Shown here one piece after another: positions 12,363 through 22,212 of a stretch of DNA of 64,000 nt (position 1 is its first letter; each line of letters starts with the position of its first letter). The notes below the pieces were generated by a model. The model saw only the letters and a program-made list of their open reading frames with translations. It did not search any database and was not told the DNA's origin. Origin of the DNA: Candidatus Poribacteria bacterium (GTDB lineage Bacteria > Poribacteria > WGA-4E > PCPOR2b); the NCBI GenBank assembly GCA_965208675.1, contig OZ242351.1, forward strand, positions 704,001-768,000. The letters run 5' to 3'. The translations under genes were made by a program, and so were the position numbers.

Positions 12363-12848
12363 TTAACCGCTAATGTTTATCACGTCCCTCAACGCGCGCT
12401 TCAGTTCTTGCTTTGCCCTTTCAATCTCCTCCCGGACAATCCGTCTAATTGTCTCTTCCGTCACATTCGGAGCTACACTAGAGTCCTCCTTGAGCCCTTC
12501 TAGTCCCCGTTCGGTAGTCCCGTGAAAGGCGTGCCGCATTGACCCTTCCGTTACGCCTCGCGAAACGTCCGAGTTTTGCCTCAATTCCGCCAGCCCTTGT
12601 TCCGTTATCCTGTGATAGCCGCGGCGCACAGACTCTAAAAGCCCTTGTTGTGTCATATGAAATTCTGCCCATTGACAGTTTTTTTTGAACCGGCTCTCCC
12701 CGCTTGGTATGCTTTCCATTCTTTCCTCACCAGTAAGTGAAAAGTGGTCCGCGAGCGAATCTATGATGTCTCTGAGTCGATACTCTTCTCCGTGAGAAAC
12801 TATCTCAAGGAGCGAAATCGTTATTTCTGCTAGGCTAGGTATTGCCAT
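12363..12848 (-). CDS. Mrr N-terminal winged-helix protein lacking the nuclease domain
   Basis: MAIP...LADHFSLTGEER...PSG...F...W...GLLES.RRG.. ITEQG; no PD-(D/E)xK region follows. Confidence 0.85.
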   Translation of the reverse strand: MAIPSLAEITISLLEIVSHGEEYRLRDIIDSLADHFSLTGEERMESIPSGESRFKKNCQWAEFHMTQQGLLESVRRGYHRITEQGLAELRQNSDVSRGVTEGSMRHAFHGTTERGLEGLKEDSSVAPNVTEETIRRIVREEIERAKQELKRALRDVINISG

Positions 12849-13610
12849 GAAATTTGTTCCTTCTCCGGCAACATCAGTTTCGTGAACTTGCGCGTCCTTG
12901 CAACTTGATATTTATGTTGGACGCTCCTAAACGCAATCTTACCATTCCTATTCCTGCCAATGAAGAATTGCCATGAATCAATCTTCCCACATATCGACGG
13001 AATTACACCTCTGAATGCCGGCGCCAAATGTCTCATCCCGTCCACGCCGTGGGCATAGCACATGTTTCACGCTCGCCGCCAAGTACACCTCGGTCTCACG
13101 TTAGTGTTGCGTATCAGTGCTCACTGCAATTTTGCGGTTAGTCTTCGTATCATTCTAGCAATTTTCCTTGACGATTTCAATCTGCTCAATCACTTCAAAT
13201 AGAAGCACCTGTTTATAAGTGGAGCCGCCATGTTTTTTACTGTATTTCCTCTGCAAGCGCGTAAATTTTTCGGTGTATCATGACAGGCTATCGCATGGTA
13301 AACTGCCAGATAGTGATTTGAATAGGAATACAGTGACTGAATGCGCAAATTGTAGCCGCGGTGCTACTTTTCATTTAGATTTTACTACAGACCGGTTCGC
13401 ATGTAAAGACCATAAGATGTGTCCATGCCTTTCCCGCGCACGGTTGAGTGTATACGGTCAGATATGATATACTAGCTACCGTTAGGGTTTCACGAGCGCT
13501 TGTGTTTTCTAAGCAAGTTAACGTTTTATTTGGACATACTGCGGAAAGTGGTTGACCGAAAATCGCACGCGCTGATTCGCGTCACATCTATCGAATAGGA
13601 GGGACTGATA

Positions 13611-14288
13611 TTGGCGTCATGGAACGAGTTGTTCGGTGATGAAAAATATCGTGAGCTGATCCCAGAGACGGCTGTCTATCGGTTTTGCAGTATGGTGGAA
13701 GGCACATTTGAGGAACGACCGCTAAGGTTCTGGGATCTCGGCTGCGGCGTGGGCAGGCACACCGTGGCGCTTGCCCGGCTCGGTCACTACGTCTATGCGA
13801 CGGACGCCGCACCGCGCGCAGTTGATGTGACAAAACAACGGTTAGCGGAATTTGACCTGTCGGGTGACGTTCGGTTGGCGGACATGACAGCATGCCCACC
13901 GCAGCCTCGCTATTTTCACGGCGTTGTCAGTTGGAACGTTTTGCACCACAACAGAATTACCGCGATTCGCGAGGCTGTATCGCACATTTATGAATCGCTG
14001 ATTCCTGGTGGTATGTTGATGGTCACACTCAAATCGGACAAGGCTGATTTTGCCGGACAGGGGACCGAAATTGAACCGGGGACATTCATTCACGATGTCG
14101 GCGATGAAAGCGGTGTGCCACACCACTATTTCAACGAGATTGGAATTCGAGAATTGTTTGCGGATTGGGAGTTTGTGGTGCTCGCAGAACAGGTCATCGC
14201 TCACTTGGAGCGACCTGATCGATTTTGGGAATATGCGCCGTTTCCATTTACGAATTGGGGGATTGTTGCGCGAAAGCCCGCGGGGTAG
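13611..14288 (+). CDS. Class I SAM-dependent methyltransferase
   Basis: DLGCGVGRH motif I, LIPGG; TTG start after GGAGG. Confidence 0.9.
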   Translation: MASWNELFGDEKYRELIPETAVYRFCSMVEGTFEERPLRFWDLGCGVGRHTVALARLGHYVYATDAAPRAVDVTKQRLAEFDLSGDVRLADMTACPPQPRYFHGVVSWNVLHHNRITAIREAVSHIYESLIPGGMLMVTLKSDKADFAGQGTEIEPGTFIHDVGDESGVPHHYFNEIGIRELFADWEFVVLAEQVIAHLERPDRFWEYAPFPFTNWGIVARKPAG

Positions 14289-14294
14289 GAGTAT

Positions 14295-14790
14295 TTGTAG
14301 GTTGGGTAGAGCGGGGTGAATGAATTATGTGAGCTATGCGGCATGAATATAGTTTGTAGATTGAGTTCGAGATTTTTGTGTGTGAAGCGAAACCCAACGC
14401 TTTTCTGTAGTTTGAAAAGCGTTGGGTTACGCTCCGTGTTTTTCCGAGCCACGTAGTACGGGAATCAGAACGGATTCCTACGCAGGACTGCTTTTTGGAT
14501 TACTCGCTCAACCCAACCTACAAAAACTTTACAGACCGGAGTGTGCCTACTACTTTATCGCGGCTGGAAGCCGCTCCCACAGGAGGGGTGTTGAGGTGAA
14601 GACTAAAAGAAAACTATCACCTTCCCTATTCGGTCGGTTGATCCCTCGCTATTCACTCGGTTGATCCTTCGCTATTCGCTCAGTTGATCGCTCTACCCAA
14701 CCTACAAGAGTTATTGCTTCGTTTTAGAAACCGAGTTTTGAAGAAAAAACTCGGTTTCAAATGAAGGTCGCGATTGGGAAATCGATCCTT
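14295..14790. repeat. Composite REP/REPIN-like cluster 1
   Basis: TTGTAGGTTGGGT...ACCCAACCTACAA element 14295-14523, three 23-bp units 14620-14688, family A palindrome, GTCGCGATT.. REP. Confidence 0.88.
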
Positions 14791-15471
14791 CTAGCACAAT
14801 TTTATTAGCTCCGATAAGGAGGCGATTCTGGTACCGATGTACCCGCTATATCTGTTTCTTCGATCAATTAAAACAGCCTTAATTCCTGCCTGCTCCGCTC
14901 CGGTGATGTCATCTTCGATTGAGTCGCCGACCATCAATACCTCAGAGATGGCAGCGCCAAGATCGCGTAAAACATACTCAAATGCCTCGCGGTGAGGTTT
15001 GAAGAAACCAATCTCCTCCCCGATGTAGATGCTTTGAATATATTGGGCCAATCTAAGGTTTCTGAATTTGGCTCTTTGACTATCGGACATGCCATTCGTG
15101 AGAATTACGGATTCGATTTCCTTCGCTCGCAAAACCTTCAACAGGGGTATTGTGTCCTCGAATAGCTCTATCTTGCGAGTAGTTTCCTGAATGTAAATTT
15201 GATTTAAATCCGAGGCTAATTTGCGAAATTTTTCGTGGGCGCCTTGCAAGACATCGGCAAACCGACGAATTCTATATTCATCTATGGTAATGAATCCGTC
15301 TGCAAACTGGCGGAATAGCGCAGGCGCTGCGCGGTTGAATTGATTCCAAAATGCGTCTAAGTCTAGCGCATGCGTTTGCAAGACCTCGTTTATGCGGGAC
15401 TTTGCATTTCCTTCGGCTTTCTGAAAATCGAACAGCGTATCATCTGCGTCGAAAATTATGTGTTTGATCAT
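14791..15471 (-). CDS. HAD-family hydrolase (YjjG-like)
   Basis: FDADDTL, LTNG, KP, MVGDSIEDD. Confidence 0.9.
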   Translation of the reverse strand: MIKHIIFDADDTLFDFQKAEGNAKSRINEVLQTHALDLDAFWNQFNRAAPALFRQFADGFITIDEYRIRRFADVLQGAHEKFRKLASDLNQIYIQETTRKIELFEDTIPLLKVLRAKEIESVILTNGMSDSQRAKFRNLRLAQYIQSIYIGEEIGFFKPHREAFEYVLRDLGAAISEVLMVGDSIEDDITGAEQAGIKAVLIDRRNRYSGYIGTRIASLSELIKLC

Positions 15472-15485
15472 AGCTGCGACGTCAA

Positions 15486-16019
15486 GAAACCAAGTTTTGA
15501 AGAAAAAAACTCGGTTTCAAAAATTTTAAAGGCGCAATAGTAGGCAAGCGGCGTGTGCTCTAAATCGTAAACTTAGCTTTGAAGCCCGATGGCAGCATCG
15601 GGACTGGTTTTTGTAGGTTGGGTAGAGCGGGTTGAATAAATTATGTGTGTTATGAGGCATGAGTATAGTTTGTAGATTGAGTTTGAGATTTGTGTGTGAG
15701 GCGAAACCCAAGGATCGAACAGCGGGATATGGCGTGTGATAGTTTAAGTGACAGTGAAGACTATCGCCTTCGCTATTCGCTCAGTTGATCGTTGGGTTTC
15801 GCTTTATCAATTTGGCTAACGGGGTTGTTTGGATTTTCCGGAGTAATATCTTCCATTGTTACGGATTTGGGTTTATCCGATCTACCCAACCTACAAGAAC
15901 TTTTTCGCGGCTGGAAGCCGCTCCCACAGGAGGAGTGTTGAGGTGAAGACTATCGCCTCCCGCCTGGATCGGTTAATCCTTCGCTATTCGCTCAGATGAT
16001 CGCTCAACCCAACCTACAA
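15486..16019. repeat. Composite REP/REPIN-like cluster 2
   Basis: Family A palindrome, element 15611-15896, then the same GCGGCTGGAAGCCGCTCCCAC...ACCCAACCTACAA tail as cluster 1. Confidence 0.88.
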
Positions 16020-16031
16020 GAACTTGTTAGT

Positions 16032-16550
16032 TTAATCGAGTGAGGGTTCGAATCCCGGTGAATCCTGCATTAGGGCTTCAACGCTATCGGCGGCGTTTTG
16101 CAATCCCTTACGTACTCTAAAGTTTAATTCCCACAACGCGCATTTGTTGGTATCCCAATGCAGTAATTCCATGGCACGGCTATAATCCAGCCACTTATAC
16201 TCCGAATGTTCATGGGATAGTTGCAACAGTTCCCCTTTGACCTTTACTCCAAAGCAATATTCGGGAATAACTAAGACATCGCTGCCCCATCTGAAGCCGC
16301 AGACGTTTACAACGGGAACCATGGCGAACGAATCGAGTTTTAGGAATTCATTACTCGGGTGGATGCCGGCTTCTTCCTGAGTCTCTCGTTTAGCGGCTTC
16401 CAACGGAGATTCGCCGTTTTCTCCTCCCCCCGCAATTCCCTGCCAATAACCGCCTGTCGAAGATTCGCGCCTAAAAAGCGCGTAAAGAACTGCGTTGTCC
16501 CGCGCGATTCTATAAGGAAGCACTAGAACTTGATAAGGCGCTCGGCTCAA
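16032..16550 (-). CDS. NUDIX hydrolase (NudB-like)
   Basis: WQGIAGGGENGESPLEAAKRETQEEAG Nudix box, LSHEH; start moved to TTG 16550 after GGAGA. Confidence 0.88.
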   Translation of the reverse strand: MSRAPYQVLVLPYRIARDNAVLYALFRRESSTGGYWQGIAGGGENGESPLEAAKRETQEEAGIHPSNEFLKLDSFAMVPVVNVCGFRWGSDVLVIPEYCFGVKVKGELLQLSHEHSEYKWLDYSRAMELLHWDTNKCALWELNFRVRKGLQNAADSVEALMQDSPGFEPSLD

Positions 16551-16629
16551 AGGTTTTCTCCAAATTTTGTTAGATATTGAAAAGGTCAAGAAACCAAGTT
16601 TTCAAGAAAAAAACTCGGTTTCAGGATTT

Positions 16630-17331
16630 TTACAGAAGCGCTTCAAACTCCTCCAGATTCTTTACGCATTGGATATCAACATCCGGCGTTATACCGTTAC
16701 GAACCATAAGGATACCCTTCATTCCCAACTCAATTGCCTTCTCCACATTTTCGGGAACATCGTCTACAAACAGCAGTTTTTCTGGCGGCAGCCCTAACTC
16801 GTCAATAGCCCTCTTGTAAATCCTTTCATCCGGCTTGCAGCAGCCGATTTGGGCCGAAATGACAAATGTCTGGAAGAAACTCCGTAGACCGAGCAGTCTG
16901 TGCTTTCTCTCAAGCGAGGGCCAAGCGTCTGATATAATACCAAGTGAAAAGCCATTTTTGAATAATCTCTCTAGAACGGCGGGGGTATCGTCGAAGATTT
17001 CAAAATCAACTTCATCCACCCGGGCGCATGCCAGTGCGGAAAGCAGACTAGTATCGGGGTTGCACTGCCCAAGATTTTCGAGCACGATTCGATAAAACGT
17101 TCGAAATTGGGCGCGTTCCTCGTCTACAGTCATTAGGTGATGATGGTCGTCAAGGTATCGTATTCCTTCTTCAAGCGCACACTCCATCCGACTCCACGAT
17201 AGGTCCCGTATGTTGTAGTTATCAAGAATCTCGCGGAACCGCGCCCCGGGCCACCATTTTCCCCCGATTGGACGTACCAAAGTGTCGCCGGAGTCGAATA
17301 GGATACCTTTTACGTCACAAAATGAGGTCAT
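16630..17331 (-). CDS. HAD-family hydrolase
   Basis: FDSGDTL, ISD, KPDERIY, FVDD; start probably ATG 17331. Confidence 0.88.
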   Translation of the reverse strand: MTSFCDVKGILFDSGDTLVRPIGGKWWPGARFREILDNYNIRDLSWSRMECALEEGIRYLDDHHHLMTVDEERAQFRTFYRIVLENLGQCNPDTSLLSALACARVDEVDFEIFDDTPAVLERLFKNGFSLGIISDAWPSLERKHRLLGLRSFFQTFVISAQIGCCKPDERIYKRAIDELGLPPEKLLFVDDVPENVEKAIELGMKGILMVRNGITPDVDIQCVKNLEEFEALL

Positions 17332-17426
17332 GGAACCACCTAAGATTGCTTCCATTTCTGTTTGCCGGATAGGCGTAAGTTCAAGGGGTTGAAAGACACC
17401 ATCTATTGACGCTTTCAATACTCATT

Positions 17427-17455
17427 ATTTTACATCAGACCTAGTCCGATGTAAA
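17427..17455 (-). promoter_or_regulatory. Promoter overlapped by a palindromic operator
   Basis: Minus strand TTTACA-17-TAAAAT overlapping TTTACATCAGAC-CTA-GTCCGATGTAAA (11 of 12 arm match). Confidence 0.6.
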
Positions 17456-17574
17456 GCAACAACCATGTTCTCGTTGAGATTAGGGGTGCCGTTGAATGCG
17501 CGCGGTCAGATGTGCTATACTAGCTAATCTTCAGGTGCCACGCGCACCAGCGCATTTTCAGGGGCGATAAGGAT

Positions 17575-18312
17575 ATGATTGGCAAAACGGCAATTGCATG
17601 GCTTGAAGCGAAAAAGCGAAAGTACCTGCTCGGGCTAGATCGGCAGACGACGATGGTTATGCTCGGATCGGCATTGCTTTTGATATTGTACCGCACCTAC
17701 AGCCGGCGGCGTTTTTTTCACACTCACTTTGCAGACAATTTCGGGGACCATGCACTTTGGGAACTTTACCCGTACTACTACTGGTTTTTATCAACTGCGG
17801 TTACCCTGCTGCTGATACCGGCGCTGGCCGCGATATTCGGAACAAATCAGAAAATTCGAGACTACGGCTTTCGACTGTGCAACGGCAAGTTAGGTTGGGG
17901 GCTAGCTGCCGCTGTTTGGGCGCTTATGGTTCCTTGTGTTATCCTCGCCTTACATCTATTTCCAGCCTTCCAGAGTAAGTATCCGCTATGCAAGTTAGCT
18001 GGGAGCCGTTGGCAGCTTTTTGTCCCGTACCAAATCGCTTACGGCGTCTATATGTTCGCTTGGGAATTTTTCTTCCGCGGTTTTATGCTTTTCGGTTTGG
18101 AGCGGAAATTTGGGAACAGTAGCATCCTGATTCAGAACATTCCATTTGCTGTGATGCACTACAACAAACCGTTACCGGAAGCGATCGGGTCGATATTTGC
18201 GGGGGTGTTTCTCGGTGTTTTCGCATTGGAGACCCGGTCTTTTATTTACGGTGCGGCAATTCACTGGTTTGTGGCGATGACGATGGACGTGTTGGCGGTT
18301 GTGTGGAGGTGA
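17575..18312 (+). CDS. CPBP/CAAX family intramembrane metalloprotease
   Basis: WEFFFRG, FAVMH, AAIHW; multi-pass hydrophobic. Confidence 0.9.
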   Translation: MIGKTAIAWLEAKKRKYLLGLDRQTTMVMLGSALLLILYRTYSRRRFFHTHFADNFGDHALWELYPYYYWFLSTAVTLLLIPALAAIFGTNQKIRDYGFRLCNGKLGWGLAAAVWALMVPCVILALHLFPAFQSKYPLCKLAGSRWQLFVPYQIAYGVYMFAWEFFFRGFMLFGLERKFGNSSILIQNIPFAVMHYNKPLPEAIGSIFAGVFLGVFALETRSFIYGAAIHWFVAMTMDVLAVVWR

Positions 18313-18315
18313 TTC

Positions 18316-18664
18316 TTGTAGGTTGGGTAGAGCGGGTTAAATGAAATGGGTGACATGTGCAAAATATACGACCCCCTCTAGCTCCCCCTTGGCAAGGGGG
18401 AGGACTTAAAGCGTGTGAGTCGCGATTTGGAAATCGCTCCTACAGGCGTGGATTCCCGTAGGAGGGAAATCCAATTCGCGGCTGTCAAGCGACCAGGAAA
18501 GGAGCGCGATTGATTAATCGAAGATGAAGACTAGAGGAAAACTATCGCTCTTCCTTTTCGGTCGGTTGATCCTTCGCTATCCGCTCAGTTGCATTTTAGA
18601 AACCGAGTTTTGAAGAAAAAACTCGGTTTCTATTAAACGTCGCGATTCGGAGGTCGCTCCTACA
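18316..18664. repeat. Composite REP-like cluster 3
   Basis: GTAGGTTGGGTAGAGCGG, CTCCCCCTTGGCAAGGGGGAG hairpin, two GTCGCGATT..CGCTCCTAC REPs, two 23-bp units, family A palindrome. Confidence 0.85.
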
Positions 18665-18679
18665 GGGGGGAGATTTCAA

Positions 18680-18707
18680 TTGACAATGGCATGGATTACC
18701 TTATAAT
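18680..18707 (+). promoter_or_regulatory. sigma70 promoter for acs
   Basis: TTGACA-16 nt-TATAAT. Confidence 0.7.
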
Positions 18708-18781
18708 ACACAACCGTGGAATTGACCTATAAAATCTGATAGAAATATACATTCGAAACAAAATTCAACTTGGAGGAAATA

Positions 18782-20725
18782 ATGAGCAGGAAAGTCTTTC
18801 CACCGGAAAATACGAGTTATCCAATTGTGGATGCCCATGTAAGCAATATGGAGCAGTATCGTGAAACGTACGCGGAATCGGTGACAAATCCAGACGGGTT
18901 TTGGTCGAATATTGCCGAACGGATTACATGGTTTAAGAAATGGGATGAAGTTAGCGAGTACGACTTTGTTAAAGCGGATATCAAGTGGTTTGACGGCGGG
19001 AAGCTGAACGCATCGTATAACTGTCTTGACCGGCACGTTGAATCCGGGCACGGCGATGCGATTGCGCTCATCTGGGAAGGCAATAATCCGGAGGAAGACA
19101 AGACATTTACTTACAGCGAACTGTTGGGTGAGGTGAAACGATTTGCGAATGCACTCAAAGCGGAAGGCGTACGCAAGGGCGATCGGGTCTGCGTCTACTT
19201 GCAGATGATTCCTGAGTTGCCGATCGCCATGTTGGCTTGCGCCCGCATCGGTGCAGTGCATTCGGTGGTTTTTGGCGCGTTTTCGGCGGAATCGCTGCGC
19301 GATCGAATCAACGATTCCGCGTGCAAGATGTTAATTACGCAGGATACGGCGGTTCGCGGCGGACGCGGCGGACTTCCGATGAAAGCGAACGCCGACCGCG
19401 CCGTCGCTGAATGTCCTTCGATTGAACGGGTAGTCGTCGTACGCCGAACCGGTGATAGCGTGGACTTCGATGCGTCACGCGATATCTGGTGGCACGACGC
19501 CATGGCGAACGCAGGAGATGAGTGCGCGCCGGAAACGATGAATGCCGAAGACCCGCTGTTCATCCTTTACACGTCCGGTTCGACCGGCCAGCCGAAAGGT
19601 GTGCTTCACACGACCGCCGGTTACCTACTTTATACATCCTACACCCACGAGTTAATATTTGATTACCGCGAGGGGGATGTCTACTGGTGTACGGCTGACA
19701 TCGGCTGGATCACCGGACATTCCTACATCGTGTACGGACCGCTTGCGAATCGAGCGATTAGCGTGATGTTTGAAGGCGTTCCGAACTATCCGGATTTTGG
19801 GCGGTTCTGGCAAGTTGTGGAAAAGCATCGCGTCAACCTATTCTACACCGCACCAACCGCGCTGCGCGCCTTAATGAAGGAGGGCGATGCGTGGGTCGAG
19901 AAGTTTAACCGATCCACACTGCGGCTGCTTGGGACGGTGGGTGAACCGATTAAGGAACCGGAGTGGCTCTGGTACTACAACGTTGTCGGGGAAGGACGAT
20001 GCCCTATCGTTGATACGTGGTGGCAAACCGAAACGGGCGGCATACTGATTACACCGTTGCCAGCAACGACTCCGCTCAAACCGGGTTCCGCAACCTTGCC
20101 GTTCTTCGGCGTTGTGCCGGTGATTTTGGATGAAGCGGGCAATGAGGTCGAAGGCAATCCCGCAAGCGGATACTTATGTATCAAAACGGCATGGCCAAGT
20201 TTGATGCGGACGGTTTACGGCGATCACGAACGCTTCCGGCAAACTTATTTCGACCGATTTCCCGGTTACTACATGACGGGAGACGGCGCACTGCGCGACG
20301 AAGACGGCTATTACTGGATCACTGGACGTGTGGACGATGTGCTAAACGTCTCGGGCCACCGATTGGGCACCGCCGAAATCGAGGGAGCAATCGGCCAGCA
20401 CACGACTGTGGCTGAAGCGGCGGTTGTTGGATTCCCGCACGAGATAAAGGGGCAGGGAGTGTATGCGTATGTTACACTGATGACCGGCGAAACGCCCACT
20501 GACGAGATTGAAAGCGGCATTATTGGTGCGGTCCGCCAGCATATCGGACCGCACGCTACGCCGGATAAAATTCAGTTTACACCGGCGTTGCCGAAAACGC
20601 GGTCAGGCAAGATTATGCGGCGTATCCTTCGAAAGATTGCTGAAGGCGACCTCTCCAATCTCGGCGACACCTCCACGCTCGCCGACCCGGCGGTGGTCGA
20701 TTCGCTCGTCGAAGGGCGGAAATAA
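18782..20725 (+). CDS. acs: Acetyl-CoA synthetase
   Basis: [31 protein letters not shown]; ATG 18782 after GGAGG. Confidence 0.97.
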   Translation: MSRKVFPPENTSYPIVDAHVSNMEQYRETYAESVTNPDGFWSNIAERITWFKKWDEVSEYDFVKADIKWFDGGKLNASYNCLDRHVESGHGDAIALIWEGNNPEEDKTFTYSELLGEVKRFANALKAEGVRKGDRVCVYLQMIPELPIAMLACARIGAVHSVVFGAFSAESLRDRINDSACKMLITQDTAVRGGRGGLPMKANADRAVAECPSIERVVVVRRTGDSVDFDASRDIWWHDAMANAGDECAPETMNAEDPLFILYTSGSTGQPKGVLHTTAGYLLYTSYTHELIFDYREGDVYWCTADIGWITGHSYIVYGPLANRAISVMFEGVPNYPDFGRFWQVVEKHRVNLFYTAPTALRALMKEGDAWVEKFNRSTLRLLGTVGEPIKEPEWLWYYNVVGEGRCPIVDTWWQTETGGILITPLPATTPLKPGSATLPFFGVVPVILDEAGNEVEGNPASGYLCIKTAWPSLMRTVYGDHERFRQTYFDRFPGYYMTGDGALRDEDGYYWITGRVDDVLNVSGHRLGTAEIEGAIGQHTTVAEAAVVGFPHEIKGQGVYAYVTLMTGETPTDEIESGIIGAVRQHIGPHATPDKIQFTPALPKTRSGKIMRRILRKIAEGDLSNLGDTSTLADPAVVDSLVEGRK

Positions 20726-20774
20726 ACGTTGTAATCACAAAGAGAAGCTAACCGAATATCGTGGAGGTACCCAT

Positions 20775-21269
20775 TTGCCCTCAGCGGTAAAGATTGTGGA
20801 CGAACTAAAGAAATGGGATGTGACGCATGTGATTGGCTTGCCCGACAATGGGAGTGCGGAAATTTATCGCTTGTTTGACGGAGATGGAGAGGTGGATGTC
20901 ATCACTGTGAGCCGCGAAGGGGAAGCCTTCGCAATTGCATCAGGCTTGTACGTCGGAGGAAAGCGCCCAGTCGTTTTAATTCAAAATACGGGATTTCTGG
21001 AGTCCGGGGACGCCTTCCGGGGGACAGCCTTCAATATGAAAATTCCGTTGGTGACGCTAATCGGATATCGCGGGTATCATTCGATGGGGGCAGATGACGA
21101 TTTCGTCGATACGGCGGCGACGTTCCTCGAACCGACGCTTAAAGCGTGGGGACTTCCGTACAATACGATAAAAACGGACGACGATGTTGGGTATATCAGC
21201 GATGCCTTTCGGGAAGCTGGTGCGACATCTATGCCGAGCGCGGTGTTGATTGTTGATATTTGTACATAG
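20775..21269 (+). CDS. TPP-enzyme N-terminal domain protein (sulfopyruvate/phosphonopyruvate decarboxylase alpha-like)
   Basis: GLPD, SREGEAFAIASG, IQNTG, GYRG; start moved to TTG 20775 after GGAGG. Confidence 0.8.
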   Translation: MPSAVKIVDELKKWDVTHVIGLPDNGSAEIYRLFDGDGEVDVITVSREGEAFAIASGLYVGGKRPVVLIQNTGFLESGDAFRGTAFNMKIPLVTLIGYRGYHSMGADDDFVDTAATFLEPTLKAWGLPYNTIKTDDDVGYISDAFREAGATSMPSAVLIVDICT

Positions 21270-21302
21270 ATGAAACGCATTCTTGCCGCGCGTTAGATGT
21301 AT

Positions 21303-22096
21303 GCAGTGATTAGGAGGTCGTTACTACAATGGTAAATACCGGTAGGGGTACTCAGATTCCCGACGCTTAAACGACTGGATAAAGGGCACGATAGTTTTTG
21401 TAGGTTGGGTTAAGCGGAGCAAGTGAAATCGACGAAATATGTCGAATGGACATCGGCATTTTACGTCGTGCAGCGTTTGATTGAGTGTAGCGAACCCAAC
21501 GCTTTTCTGTCGTCGGAAGTTTTGAAAAGCGTTGGGTTTCGCTACACGTAATTTGCAATTGGCAATTTTTTGGATTCTGAACTGTCAACTCACTCGGAAC
21601 GGTTTTGGCATTACCCGCTCTACCCAACCTACAAGAGCTGGAGAGTGTGGGTCGCGACTCGGAGATTGTTACTACAGGGGAAAATACGGTAGGAGGATAC
21701 TCCGATTCCCGACGATCAAACGACTGGATAAGGGGCACGATAGTTTTTGTAGGTTGGGTTAAGCGGATCAAGTGAAATCGACGAAATATGTCGAATGGAC
21801 ATCGGCATTTTACGTCGTGTAGCGTTTGATTGAGTGTAGCGAAACCCAACGCTTTTGGTTATTTCGATTGTGTTTTGGAAATTAGGGGCGGCTTGATATA
21901 TTGAAAAGCGTTGGGTTACGCTCCGTGTTTATTCCGAGCCACGTTGTACGGGAATCGGAACGGATTCTTACGCAGGACCGCTTTTGGTATAATTCGCTCA
22001 ACGCAACCTACAAGAGTTATTGTTGCGTTTTAGAAACCAAGTTTTGACGAAAAAACTCGGTTTCAAATAAAGGTCGCGATTCGGAGATCGCTCCTA
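21303..22096. repeat. Composite REP/REPIN-like cluster 4 with an internal direct duplication of about 190 bp
   Basis: Elements 21398-21634 and 21747-22013; 21310-21506 is repeated at about 21660-21856; ends with family A and a GTCGCGATTCGGAGATCGCTCCTAC REP. Confidence 0.9.
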
Positions 22097-22212
22097 CCAC
22101 CTCTAACCCGACTGAACGTTTTTGTTTCGCTGTTTTTTCATAGTGTGATAAAATATCGCCAATTTCAATTTCATCCTTTGCAATTAACTCTTTTACTTGG
22201 AGGAAAAACATA

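Noticed and set aside
6799-12848. Classical integron or prophage
   Set aside because: No integrase, no attC consensus recognised, no structural phage genes
14201-14664. Short ORFs over repeat clusters (also 15526-15711, 21367-21849, 21532-21762, 22017-22364, 6741-6950)
   Set aside because: They are translations of REP sequences; similarity between them reflects the DNA repeats
16042-16058. tRNA T-arm-like GGGTTCGAATCCC
   Set aside because: No acceptor, D or anticodon arms can be built; lies within the NUDIX gene end
20508-20774. N-terminal extension of the TPP-domain ORF
   Set aside because: Overlaps acs; a better RBS and TTG start exist at 20775
14295-22096. CRISPR array
   Set aside because: Repeats are inverted and irregularly spaced, inserts recur between copies, and no cas genes are present
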